NCBI GenBank assembly: GCA_964447015.1
Contig: CAYUQU010000006.1
Location: 1,841 to 65,840, forward strand
Direction: 5' to 3'
DNA from: an uncultured Flavobacteriales bacterium
GTDB taxonomy: Bacteria > Bacteroidota > Bacteroidia > Flavobacteriales_D > Crocinitomicaceae
DNA length: 64,000 bases
Shown in pieces: positions 8,981 through 18,485 of this stretch. The first letter of the stretch is position 1. The number at the start of each line of letters is the position of its first letter. Both the position numbers and the translations under genes were made by a program. The notes under the pieces are model-generated. The model was not told where the DNA came from, ran no database searches, and worked only from the letters and a program-made list of their open reading frames with translations.

Positions 8981-11242
8981 TCAATCCCCCGCAATAGTAT
9001 ACTTCATAATCAGCCCTTTCAATTCAACCTCCTCTTCGGTAGTCGCTTTAAAGTTCATTGCCATTTTTCGGAGTGAGCTTGCATTTAAATCGCTTTTGAA
9101 TACAGATTTACGCAGTTCCAATCCAAATGCAATCACTAAATTGAGGAGTTCATTCTCAGTTTGTGCGTGCTTTTTATTGAGGTGATACTGTCTTTCGATA
9201 CTCAAACTGTCTTCCATGGGTTTGTAGCGCAGTTTTACAAAAGCGAGGTCATTATCAAAGAAAGTGGATTTTGTTTTTACGAAATGACTCTCCACATCTT
9301 CGGCTTTTCCGTGCTCAATTTCGTAGACTGCTGTGACGTGGTGACCGTAACCAATCTCACCTGCATCTTTTGTGTCGTCGGTAAAATCTCTTGGTTTTAA
9401 TAAACGACTTTCGTAACCGATTAATCGGTAGTTTTGCACGAGTTTGGGGTTGAATTCTACATTTAGTTTTACATCGCGGGCTATATTCATCAGATTTCCG
9501 ATGTCGTTTACCAAAACCTTTTTCATATCGTTTAAATTTCGAATGTAAAAGTGATTACCATCGCCACTTTTCGCCAAACTTTCTAAGGTGCTGTTTTTGT
9601 AATTCCCCATCCCAAAACCGAGAGCAGTGAGGTAAATCCCTTGCCCTCTTTTTTCGGTAATATAGTCGCGCAACTCTGTGGGATTGTGAATTCCCACATT
9701 AAAATCTCCATCGGTTGCTAAGATGATACGGTTGTTGAGTTCTGGGTCGAAATTTTCTTCGGCTATTCTGTAAGCTTCTTTGATTCCTCCAATTCCATTT
9801 GTGCTTCCGTTTGCATCTAAGTTGTCCAAAGCTTTGAGAATAATCTGTTTCTCATTACACTTTGTGGACGGCAAAGCAACTCCGCTATTCCCAGCATAGG
9901 TCACTATAGAAATGCGGTCATTCTCGTCCAATGTGGTGACAAAATGTTTCAAGCCTTGAATCATTAGTGATAACTTGTCTGGAGAACTCATAGAGCCAGA
10001 CACATCAATTAAAAAAACAAAGTTGTGCGACTTGCGAGGTAAATCTTTTGGCAAATCCATTGCTTTGAGGTGAATAGACACCAACTCGTTTTGTGAATTC
10101 CACGCACATGGAGAACGTTCTATTTCCACATGCAGCATCTCATCTTTTGGTACTTCGATATTCCGATATTCAAATGAATTAATCATTTCTTCCATCTTTA
10201 CCGCGTCACGCTGAACGTTTCTTCCGTTGTTTATGGCGTGTTTCAAGTAGGTCCAAGCTCCCTGATCCACATCCAGTCCAAATGTAGAATGAGGATGGGT
10301 GAGGGGAGATAGAAAGTCGTTTTCGTAAATGGGAAGAAAATGGTCGTAGTTTGGCGGTGCCACATATTCAGTGTGCTGATAGGAACTCGTATTTCTATTT
10401 CGACTTCTGCTATAACTCTGATCTGAGTATGTCGTGCGCTCATAGCCTGTAGAACGTGTCTCAATGCTGATTACTCCACCTGTCACATCACCATAATTGG
10501 CGGGGATTCCGCCTGTAATCACGGTCACTTGCTGAATTGCACTTTTCGGAACATTGTGCGAACCCTGCACCTTAACTCCATCGATGAAATAGATATTTGC
10601 ATCACCTCTCCCTCCTCGAATGTTAAGATTTTCCGTTCCTTCTTCGTGATACACACCTCCAACCGTACTTGCCACGCCATTAGCACTCCGAACAGGCATT
10701 TTGGTTACATCTTGTCGCGTTACAGTATGCCCCGAGGCGCCACCATCTTTGTCAATCAAGGGAGTTTGATAGTGAACAATTTCCACTTCAGATAGATAAC
10801 TTGATGAACTACTGAAAACATCAGAACTCATTGTAATGGTATTCGTATTTACTTTAACCACGTGCCTGTCATGTCCTTGAGGAGAAACTTGATAATCCTT
10901 CCCCGTTAAATTAACCAGTTCTTCTTCCGCAAAATTGAGCAAAGCCGTATATTGAAACACTTGATTCTCTTGAATGAATATAACGACTTTCTCATTTGTC
11001 AGGCTATCGAGCACAAATCGCACTTCGGTTTGCCCCGGTCTGAGCTTCTCGAAATTGACCACTCCATGTGCATCCGTTTTCAATTCCGCGCAAACAGAAT
11101 CCTGCCAAATTTCCACAACCAAATCCGAAATAGGACTCAACTCTTTTTCGTCCATACACGTAATTACCGCTCGCCCATATTGCCCGAAACCTGCAAAAGA
11201 AACACTCAGCGCACTGATGATAGTAAAGATTATTGTTTTCAT
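8981..11242 (-). CDS. vWA-domain protein (YfbK/DUF3520-like) with N-terminal carboxypeptidase-regulatory-like and TonB-plug-like domains
   Basis: MIDAS motif DVSGSM, ILATDGDFNVG, YRLIGYE.R and DAGEIG.GH.VTA.YEI. Plug-like segment NIRGGR.DAN.YFIDGVKV...VITGGIPANYGD. Confidence 0.88.
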   Translation of the reverse strand: MKTIIFTIISALSVSFAGFGQYGRAVITCMDEKELSPISDLVVEIWQDSVCAELKTDAHGVVNFEKLRPGQTEVRFVLDSLTNEKVVIFIQENQVFQYTALLNFAEEELVNLTGKDYQVSPQGHDRHVVKVNTNTITMSSDVFSSSSSYLSEVEIVHYQTPLIDKDGGASGHTVTRQDVTKMPVRSANGVASTVGGVYHEEGTENLNIRGGRGDANIYFIDGVKVQGSHNVPKSAIQQVTVITGGIPANYGDVTGGVISIETRSTGYERTTYSDQSYSRSRNRNTSSYQHTEYVAPPNYDHFLPIYENDFLSPLTHPHSTFGLDVDQGAWTYLKHAINNGRNVQRDAVKMEEMINSFEYRNIEVPKDEMLHVEIERSPCAWNSQNELVSIHLKAMDLPKDLPRKSHNFVFLIDVSGSMSSPDKLSLMIQGLKHFVTTLDENDRISIVTYAGNSGVALPSTKCNEKQIILKALDNLDANGSTNGIGGIKEAYRIAEENFDPELNNRIILATDGDFNVGIHNPTELRDYITEKRGQGIYLTALGFGMGNYKNSTLESLAKSGDGNHFYIRNLNDMKKVLVNDIGNLMNIARDVKLNVEFNPKLVQNYRLIGYESRLLKPRDFTDDTKDAGEIGYGHHVTAVYEIEHGKAEDVESHFVKTKSTFFDNDLAFVKLRYKPMEDSLSIERQYHLNKKHAQTENELLNLVIAFGLELRKSVFKSDLNASSLRKMAMNFKATTEEEVELKGLIMKYTIAGD

Positions 11243-11256
11243 GACTTTGTTTTATT

Positions 11257-11283
11257 AGTAGATGCAGGGGGCAGGGGGATTCC
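11257..11283 (-). promoter_or_regulatory. Candidate ECF-sigma promoter of the vWA gene
   Basis: Minus strand reads tGGAATccccctgccccctGCATCTAc, about 15 nt upstream of the ATG; resembles ECF -35/-10 elements. Confidence 0.4.
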
Positions 11284-11439
11284 ATAAAATGAGAGGGATA
11301 GGATTTGTTTTAGGAGTGAAGAATTGACAGTTTAGCATACTAACCTCTTGAATAGAGTTGAGCTACAGAGGTATGAGTTTTTTAGTTATTTTTGGTGGGA
11401 GACAAGGAAGATGTGCATACTGATAAGTTGTAATACAAA

Positions 11440-11949
11440 ATGACAAGAAGCTGGATAATAACAGAGAAAACAATTAGTGTATTACAAATTATTTGGGGTG
11501 GGCTTATGCTCAGTTTGACAATTTGGAGTGCTAAATTATTGATTGATTTTGGAGTTGAACATCTTGAATTGACTTGGGAGAATATTTCCTTACCCAAGAT
11601 ACTCAAGAATTATCATTTTCGACTACTTCTTTCATTATTGACAATCTTTGGCGGGTTGACTTTAATGATTAATAAGAGAATTGGATGGATATTAAGCGTA
11701 GTTACTTCACTCTTATATGGAATTACAACAATTTTGGCGTTTCAGAAAGTAAAAATGGATACATCATTCAAACTTGATATTTATGATTTGTTAGCAGGGC
11801 TTATAGCAATCTTATTTTTTACAATATTTGGACTTCTCTTGACGAGACAATTTCGAAATAAGTATAAACCAACTAATAAAACATGGTGGATAATTGTTGG
11901 GCTTGTGATTTTACTATTGGTAGATAGATTATTAATTGATGGATTTTAA
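11440..11949 (+). CDS. Hypothetical membrane protein (about 5 TM)
   Basis: 169-aa hydrophobic ORF. Confidence 0.75.
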   Translation: MTRSWIITEKTISVLQIIWGGLMLSLTIWSAKLLIDFGVEHLELTWENISLPKILKNYHFRLLLSLLTIFGGLTLMINKRIGWILSVVTSLLYGITTILAFQKVKMDTSFKLDIYDLLAGLIAILFFTIFGLLLTRQFRNKYKPTNKTWWIIVGLVILLLVDRLLIDGF

Positions 11950-11963
11950 TTTGGAAAATTTAT

Positions 11964-12680
11964 ATGAAACAAATCTTCGTTATTATATCATTTCTGTTTC
12001 CGTTTATGAGTTTGGCTCAAATGACAGACACAACTTGTATAAAGTATAGGTGGATAGCTTTAAAACCTACTGAGGTAAATAAAGACGTGTTTCTTCTTGA
12101 TTCAACATATGGAGAAAATCTAGATTTAGTTTTTACAATCAAAAGACTTGTTGAAGAAAATAAAATGAATATTTACAATCAAAATAAAGGACCTTTTGGA
12201 ATGAAGGGTTGGTATTATATCGATTATCACCAAGAAATGGAAAATAAGCTAAAAGATTCTATTTCATATTGGGGCTATGATCCATATTTTGAAATTATAG
12301 TGCAAGCTGATATGCCACTGGTAGATATGTATGGTGAAGATAGTTTGTATTTTGAAAATGGGGGATGGTCAATTGTTTATCCCTTACCTGATATTTTTAT
12401 TTTCCCTTCAAAAATATGCGATGAAATTAGAATAAAAGAAGAACGTGTCTATAATGATTCCACTAAGAAATTTGAGTATTCACCTGTTGGTTTAAGTTTC
12501 TATTTTAAAGGACATAATTATTGGCGAGGGCATGAGAAATTTTGGGTTGATTTAAGAGAATTATTTGAGGTGATTGAAGACAAGTCGAAATATCCATGGT
12601 ATGAGGCCATTGTAAACAAAAACTACCAAGGCTTTCAATATATGCAGGTTTCATGCTATGATGATGAGATAAAGAACTAA
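11964..12680 (+). CDS. Secreted protein, GldN/PorN-like
   Basis: Signal peptide; RIKEERVYN...Y.PVGLS and FWVDLREL resemble the GldN IKEDW.FD...IGIAP and LFW.YFP motifs. Confidence 0.5.
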   Translation: MKQIFVIISFLFPFMSLAQMTDTTCIKYRWIALKPTEVNKDVFLLDSTYGENLDLVFTIKRLVEENKMNIYNQNKGPFGMKGWYYIDYHQEMENKLKDSISYWGYDPYFEIIVQADMPLVDMYGEDSLYFENGGWSIVYPLPDIFIFPSKICDEIRIKEERVYNDSTKKFEYSPVGLSFYFKGHNYWRGHEKFWVDLRELFEVIEDKSKYPWYEAIVNKNYQGFQYMQVSCYDDEIKN

Positions 12681-12736
12681 ACTATATTGATGAAATTTCT
12701 ATATGTCTTAACTTTCAGGTATTTAAAAACGACACC

Positions 12737-13411
12737 ATGCAAACAAAAAAACATACAGCTTGGAAAAAAAACCGAAAATTCGGTGACGTAATGGGTGGTC
12801 GAAAAAAAATCAAACTTGCTGATAAGGTGTTTAGTAGACAACATAATTTGACTGCCCCTAATGAAGGAGATGAAATACCAATTTTTATAATTGATAATCC
12901 TTCACGCGATTTTTATTTTCCTGTAACAGTCGAAGAAGTTAAACAAATACTCGGTCGACTTCCTAACGACCACACAGATCACTTGACTCACATTTGGTTT
13001 CAAAAGGTTAAAAAATCGGATTATTTAGAAGGGAAAACTTTTCAAGGTTCTTTTATTTGTGGAAGTGGCGTTTATTTAATTATTCTTCATCCATTTCCAA
13101 CCGATAACAAAATGAGATTTGGAAAATCAAAACCCCTAAAGAAGACACTTAATTTTTATAAGAATTACGTGACAGAACTGAAAGAAGATAAAGATGGCTG
13201 GTTTCTACAATGGACTGAAGAAACGATAAAAAAGTATTATTTGGAAAGCTTATTTCTTCACGAAATCGGACACTCAATTGATAGTTTTTATAAACGCTAT
13301 TGGAGCAAGGCAACAGCACAAAAAAGAGAAAATTGGGCAGACAATTATGTGGCGGTTTGGGCAGACCAAATTAGAGAAACGTATGAGCCGAATGAAATAC
13401 TAAATAAATAA
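12737..13411 (+). CDS. Hypothetical protein with HExxH (zincin-like) motif
   Basis: LFLHEIGH followed by E.WADNY. Confidence 0.7.
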   Translation: MQTKKHTAWKKNRKFGDVMGGRKKIKLADKVFSRQHNLTAPNEGDEIPIFIIDNPSRDFYFPVTVEEVKQILGRLPNDHTDHLTHIWFQKVKKSDYLEGKTFQGSFICGSGVYLIILHPFPTDNKMRFGKSKPLKKTLNFYKNYVTELKEDKDGWFLQWTEETIKKYYLESLFLHEIGHSIDSFYKRYWSKATAQKRENWADNYVAVWADQIRETYEPNEILNK

Positions 13412-13420
13412 CCCCTACCA

Positions 13421-14203
13421 ATGTTCAATCTTTTTAAATCCAAAAAGCATCACGAACCTTTAAACTATGAACTAAGAAAGTATTTCGAGAATAGCTTTCT
13501 TTGGTTGATGCAGGAATTTCCCGAAACTAAAATTGAGGAGCGAAAAATCTTAGTACCGACAAAAGAGGACTTTCCAATAACGTGGAATAAAAGCCATGAG
13601 AATGCCTATGATGCGCTCAAGATTATTTGTCATAATATGGAGATAGATCCAAACGAAGTTGAAATGGACTTTTATGATAATGGGATTAAGGAATTTGACA
13701 TGGGAGCGTCTGTGATCTTTATTGAGTCTGATCCCGATAATCCTGAGGCAGCAGGACTTTATCATCACGAAAAAGTAAACGGCAAATTCCAAATCTCCAT
13801 TGACCAAGCTTTAATTGAATCTCCTGATTCTCTAATAGCCACTATTGCACATGAACTCGCCCATGTAAAATTGTTGGGTGGAAAGAAACTAGAAGAAAAT
13901 GACGAAATGCTCACAGACTTCACAACCGTTTTCTTTGGCTTAGGGATATTCAATGCAAACATGTCTTTTCAGTTTGACAGGAAAACAGACAGATGGGGAT
14001 ACAAAATTCTAGGTTACCTTAAAGTTGAAGAATGGGCTTATGCTTTAGCGTTATTGGCGTTTATTAGAAATGAAGACAACCCAAGTTGGAAAGAATACCT
14101 TAGCAGAGGAATAAAAAGTGATTTCGAGAAAAGCTTAAAGTATATGATTGAGAATGAAAAAGAAATTTTTCGATTTGAGGATGGTGAAGGGGGATGTGGT
14201 TAG
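13421..14203 (+). CDS. Hypothetical protein with HExxH (zincin-like) motif
   Basis: ATIAHELAHVKL followed by DEMLTD. Confidence 0.75.
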   Translation: MFNLFKSKKHHEPLNYELRKYFENSFLWLMQEFPETKIEERKILVPTKEDFPITWNKSHENAYDALKIICHNMEIDPNEVEMDFYDNGIKEFDMGASVIFIESDPDNPEAAGLYHHEKVNGKFQISIDQALIESPDSLIATIAHELAHVKLLGGKKLEENDEMLTDFTTVFFGLGIFNANMSFQFDRKTDRWGYKILGYLKVEEWAYALALLAFIRNEDNPSWKEYLSRGIKSDFEKSLKYMIENEKEIFRFEDGEGGCG

Positions 14204-14260
14204 TGATAACGTGTTTACAATCAAGTTCTAGAATTATGTTTTAATAATTTAATTGTAAAT

Positions 14261-15034
14261 TTGAATTTATCAGGCGAATACGGAAGTGAGCAGGGCAAAA
14301 TAGAATTAATCATCTCTGAAAATATTATTTACAAGTATATGAATGAAGTCGTAAAAATGATCTTAGAAAACAAGCCTGAGTACAAAATTTACATTGATTA
14401 TTTGGATAAAATTTATTCAAATAAGTTTTCTAAGAAAATTACTTCGGAGGAAAATGATATTAATGCTCTATCTTTATTGACCGAAATAGAATTAGGTTAT
14501 ACACTCCATCAATTATTTGAAGATGTAAAATATGAGCCAACAATAAATGGAAAAAAACCTGATTGGTTGGTAAATAGTTTCGGAGAAAACCTGATTTTTG
14601 AAGTTCGCAAAATCAATCCATTAGAAAAAGACGTTACTGATACTATAACACGTTTTAAGAATGGTGAGTATTTTGGAAATACTAGAACTACGTTTTCTTT
14701 TTCCCAGAAGGAATTTGAGGCTTCAATGGGTAAAATAATAGCAAAAGAGGAGTCATACAGAAGTCTCATTACCGAAGATAATTATAAACTTTTAGTATAT
14801 TTTGATGTTGTAATGTTGCCTTGTTATTGTCTGACAAAAGATGATTTTAGAGGCCTTTTTGATTTTGATAAACCCACTTTCCCATTAAGTAAATATCCGA
14901 CTTTTATAGAGAATGTATCGGGTATTTTAGCGAAACCAAATTTTGGAGGTAAAGTTTTTATTTCCAATAATCAGTCCAAGTATCTTTTAAACAACGAAAA
15001 TCTAAAAATATTGGAAAACCTAAATGAATTCTAG
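14261..15034 (+). CDS. Hypothetical protein, possible PD-(D/E)XK nuclease fold
   Basis: E...KKPDWLV...IFEVRK pattern. The start (TTG) is uncertain. Confidence 0.55.
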   Translation: MNLSGEYGSEQGKIELIISENIIYKYMNEVVKMILENKPEYKIYIDYLDKIYSNKFSKKITSEENDINALSLLTEIELGYTLHQLFEDVKYEPTINGKKPDWLVNSFGENLIFEVRKINPLEKDVTDTITRFKNGEYFGNTRTTFSFSQKEFEASMGKIIAKEESYRSLITEDNYKLLVYFDVVMLPCYCLTKDDFRGLFDFDKPTFPLSKYPTFIENVSGILAKPNFGGKVFISNNQSKYLLNNENLKILENLNEF

Positions 15035-15092
15035 ACATAATCATCGTTTTATATTAAATTAAAATCTATCAAACTTCTCAAATGGATCAAAA

Positions 15093-15494
15093 ATGATAAG
15101 CATATTATTATTCATATTTTTTCTTTATATGTCTGTTCGAACTACAAGAAGGGAACTTAAATATTTTAAACAGTATCTTTTTTTAAAACAGAATGGAGCA
15201 GAAATTTCTGCAAAAATTGTGGATTATGTGCCTAATAAATATACTTATGGAGGGATTCCTGTTCTGGAGTATCAATTAAATGATTTCAATTTTAGAAACC
15301 CCATAATACATTCAGAGTTTGACTTTTCTCATTTATTTTATCGTCCAGGGAAAATAGTCACAATATATTGTGACAAAGAAAACAATGAGATATGTGTAAT
15401 AAAATCAAAAACTCAACTACTTATTATTCTTCTAGGTATGCTCCTCATTTATGGAGGATTGATTTTTTCGATTTTTGTACTTTGTGATTGGTAG
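15093..15494 (+). CDS. DUF3592-like membrane protein
   Basis: TM - beta-rich soluble part (GKIVTIYCD) - TM architecture. Confidence 0.6.
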   Translation: MISILLFIFFLYMSVRTTRRELKYFKQYLFLKQNGAEISAKIVDYVPNKYTYGGIPVLEYQLNDFNFRNPIIHSEFDFSHLFYRPGKIVTIYCDKENNEICVIKSKTQLLIILLGMLLIYGGLIFSIFVLCDW

Positions 15495-15556
15495 GTGGTG
15501 TCACCTGTTATTTGTTTAAAAAAGTAACAGCAAATAATTCAACACATACGCTGAAA

Positions 15557-15892
15557 TTAGTTTTCCAATATATAAGTCGTTACCATTATAGTTGCTCCGC
15601 TTGCAAGTGCTATAGACCCTCGGACTTCAGAAATAATTTTAAAACCGTTGTTTCGATATTTTAGTAGGATTTTATTTATTGTTATTTGATTTGACTCAAG
15701 GTCTTTATAATAGAATGGTATGAGTTCAACCTCTTCGATTTTCTTCTCATTTTCTATAACTATAATTTTATTATAGCCTTTGTCTGCCGACTCGTAAGTA
15801 TTAATTGTCAACAAGCTGTTGTTTTGAGCAAACACGTTGTTTAAAAATAAACAAGTCAAAATAACGAATGTGAATGCAATAACCTTTTTCAT
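15557..15892 (-). CDS. Small secreted hypothetical protein
   Basis: Signal peptide MKKVIAFTF...VFAQ. Confidence 0.75.
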   Translation of the reverse strand: MKKVIAFTFVILTCLFLNNVFAQNNSLLTINTYESADKGYNKIIVIENEKKIEEVELIPFYYKDLESNQITINKILLKYRNNGFKIISEVRGSIALASGATIMVTTYILEN

Positions 15893-16000
15893 AATTTTTC
15901 TCGAATTTATTTAACCTCGTTCCAATCGGCATAAAGCTAGTGAAAAATAAGCCATTTCTGTAGCAATACACTGAAGAATTTACTCGAGAAAATAGTTCAA

Positions 16001-16030
16001 TTAACCGCAATGGCGCGGAGTACGCAAAGG
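16001..16030. repeat. Half-copy (arm) of the TTAAC-(CRCRRAG)n element
   Basis: ttaaccgcaatggcgcggagtacgcaaagg; same unit structure as the left arm at 5043. Confidence 0.55.
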
Positions 16031-16140
16031 GATTTATTATAATTAAAACTTATGTATCATTGAATAAAACTCTGTGATTGTCTGATGTTTAATAAAAAAA
16101 ATAGTACTTTTGAAAGTAAGAAATCGTTAAATAGAGCATC

Positions 16141-16695
16141 ATGATAAATAGCAAATTAGTTTTACAACTACTTATACTCTTATTTTCTTCTTCATGTGTC
16201 GCTCAAGTTGTATGGGAGGAAGAAAGTCAATCTGCAAGAATGGATGGTATTATACAGGTTGAGGATGTCTCTATGCAAGAGTTATACGAACGTTCTAAAG
16301 TGTGGATGACGAACAATATTACTTCGTCAAATAAATTATCAGAACACGAGCAAGATTCAGTTAAACAACTGACAGGACATGGTAATGTTATTTTATCTGG
16401 TGGAGGACCTATTAAGAATAAAACGTTAGATTTTAACATCACACTTTATTTCAAAGATGGAAGGTTGAAATATGTAATAAATCAACTAGTTTTGATGGAT
16501 TATGGAGGCGCAATAGGTTCTACAGATGGAAGCCCAACATATCAAGAGATGGATCCACTATATGAAAAGCAGTTTAAAAAGGGGCAAGGTAAAAAAGGTA
16601 TTCAACTTTTAATTGATGAAAAATTATCCTCATTAATAAATTCATTAACTAATGCTGTAAATAAACAAAGTAAATCGGAAACTGAGGGATGGTAA
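16141..16695 (+). CDS. DUF4468-like secreted protein
   Basis: Signal peptide; ELYERSKVW and FKDGRLKYVI motifs. A TACTTTTG promoter box lies upstream. Confidence 0.7.
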   Translation: MINSKLVLQLLILLFSSSCVAQVVWEEESQSARMDGIIQVEDVSMQELYERSKVWMTNNITSSNKLSEHEQDSVKQLTGHGNVILSGGGPIKNKTLDFNITLYFKDGRLKYVINQLVLMDYGGAIGSTDGSPTYQEMDPLYEKQFKKGQGKKGIQLLIDEKLSSLINSLTNAVNKQSKSETEGW

Positions 16696-16743
16696 TCGAT
16701 ACAAGTTTATTGTTTTGAGTAAATAGTAAGCATCTGAAAAAAA

Positions 16744-16832
16744 CTCTCCGTGACCTTTGTGCCTCCTTAGTGTTCTCCGTGGTTTATCTTTTTAACCACA
16801 AGTTCACGGAGTTTTGCACAAAGTCCACAAAG
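16744..16832. repeat. Back-to-back arms of the TTAAC-(CRCRRAG)n element
   Basis: ctctccgtgacctttgtg...ctccgtggtt followed by taaccacaagttcacggagttttgcacaaagtccacaaag. Confidence 0.7.
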
Positions 16833-16845
16833 TTTTTTGTTTTAT

Positions 16846-17664
16846 TTAGGCCATTTCTTGAGGTGGAAATACCGATACCCATTCCCAATAGTCCTCCTTA
16901 GAAACCTCAGTCTCCCACTCAAACACCCCATACAAACAAGACCCACTCCCAGACATACCAGCATACAAAGCGCCTTCATCATACAAAGACTGTTTTATCG
17001 CCCTGAGTTCAGGATACTTATCGAAAAGCGGTGCTTCAAAATCGTTGGATAGCTTATCCTTCCATTTTTCGATGGGCAGTTTCGTGGTTTCGAATGTAGA
17101 AACAGAATCAGATTTGGGAGAAATCCCAGCGTACGCTTCTTGCGTTGAAATATGAATGTGCGGATAGACGAGTTTGAGATACTTTCCCGAAAGTGTTAAG
17201 GGTAAATCGGTCATGATTTCACCTCGCCCTGTGCAGTGTTTGGGAGAAGACGAGATGAAGAACGCGCAATCACTGCCGAGTTGGGTGGCGTATTCTTCTA
17301 GCTTTGTGCGAGTCAGGTTTAACTTGCACAATTCGTTTAAACCCAATAATGTAAATGCCGCATCCGAAGAACCACCGCCAAGTCCTGCGCCGATTGGAAT
17401 GATCTTGTGCAGGTGGATGTGAACGGGTGGCAGGTCAAAGTCGTTCTTCAGCAAATCGTATGCTTTGACGCAAAGGTTTTCTCCGCTCTCGCTGGGAATT
17501 GCAATTCCGCTGGATGAAAATGCAAACGTATCAGAGGGCACAATCTCCAAAATATCGTGTAAGGGAACAGCCATCATGACCGTATCGATGTCGTGAAATC
17601 CGTCTTGGCGTTTGTGGAGAATATTAAGTCCCAGATTGATTTTAGCGGGAGGGAAAAATACCAT
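16846..17664 (-). CDS. ispE: 4-diphosphocytidyl-2-C-methyl-D-erythritol kinase
   Basis: AKINLGL, GFHDI.T, KIIPIGAGLGGGSSDAA, LGSDC.FF and MSGSGS motifs. Confidence 0.96.
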   Translation of the reverse strand: MVFFPPAKINLGLNILHKRQDGFHDIDTVMMAVPLHDILEIVPSDTFAFSSSGIAIPSESGENLCVKAYDLLKNDFDLPPVHIHLHKIIPIGAGLGGGSSDAAFTLLGLNELCKLNLTRTKLEEYATQLGSDCAFFISSSPKHCTGRGEIMTDLPLTLSGKYLKLVYPHIHISTQEAYAGISPKSDSVSTFETTKLPIEKWKDKLSNDFEAPLFDKYPELRAIKQSLYDEGALYAGMSGSGSCLYGVFEWETEVSKEDYWEWVSVFPPQEMA

Positions 17665-17673
17665 AGTTAGCGT

Positions 17674-18423
17674 TTAATTCCCAAGGCTGCCAAATACTTT
17701 TTGTAAAATATCTGTCACACGAGCCATAGGATCTTTTCGAATTTTGTTTTCTTCTTTTTCCACCATTGTGAACAAGCCGTCTATTGCTTTAGTCAGCACG
17801 TAATCATTCAAATCGGGATTAATTTGTTCCGCGCCTGTCAGAATCGTAGATTGATTGTAGCGTGTAATTACCGGATTCCAGTATTTTGTCAATTCCACTT
17901 TCTCAATCGCTTCGTTTACTTTAGGAGCAAAAGCGCGTTTCAATTCAATCGTTGTTTTGTCTTTCAAGAATTTTGTTGCCGCTCCGTCACCGCCTCTAAG
18001 AATGCTGAAACCATCAGAAATACTCATGTTTCGAATTGCATTTAAGAAAATCGGTGCAGCTTCTTTTGACGCTTCTTCTGCCGCGCGATTAAGGGTCGTA
18101 ACAATCTTGTCAACTTGACCTGATAAACCCCAATCTTCTGCTTTTTGCTTTACTTTCAGCGCATCTTCTGGCCACGGAATGCTTATTTCACCGTTTTTAA
18201 GAAACCCATCAGTTCTAGAAGTCAAGTCAGTTGCATTGTTAATTCCTATCGATAATGCTTCTTTCAAACCGCGAATTACTTCGTCATTTGTCAGTGCGTT
18301 GCTTGAAGAATTAGTTGAATCAGTAGTGAGAATTGATGCAGCATCCTGAACGACATCACACGAAGAAAGACCAAGTGCAACAACAATTAAATAAGAAAAT
18401 CCGATATTTTTTTTCATTTTCAT
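17674..18423 (-). CDS. DUF4197 family lipoprotein
   Basis: Lipobox LSSC; GLKEAL, LNRAAE.A, AIDGLF.MVEKEE.KIR.DP.AR motifs. Confidence 0.88.
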   Translation of the reverse strand: MKMKKNIGFSYLIVVALGLSSCDVVQDAASILTTDSTNSSSNALTNDEVIRGLKEALSIGINNATDLTSRTDGFLKNGEISIPWPEDALKVKQKAEDWGLSGQVDKIVTTLNRAAEEASKEAAPIFLNAIRNMSISDGFSILRGGDGAATKFLKDKTTIELKRAFAPKVNEAIEKVELTKYWNPVITRYNQSTILTGAEQINPDLNDYVLTKAIDGLFTMVEKEENKIRKDPMARVTDILQKVFGSLGN

Positions 18424-18485
18424 TAGGGTTTTGTCAAACTTACAAATATTTTTACTCTCGCATACAAATTCAATGCCTAAATAAA

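Noticed and set aside
11243-16846. Duplicated ispE 3' end analogous to the mpl copies
   Set aside because: Searched by eye in the intergenic gaps of this tract; no copy found.
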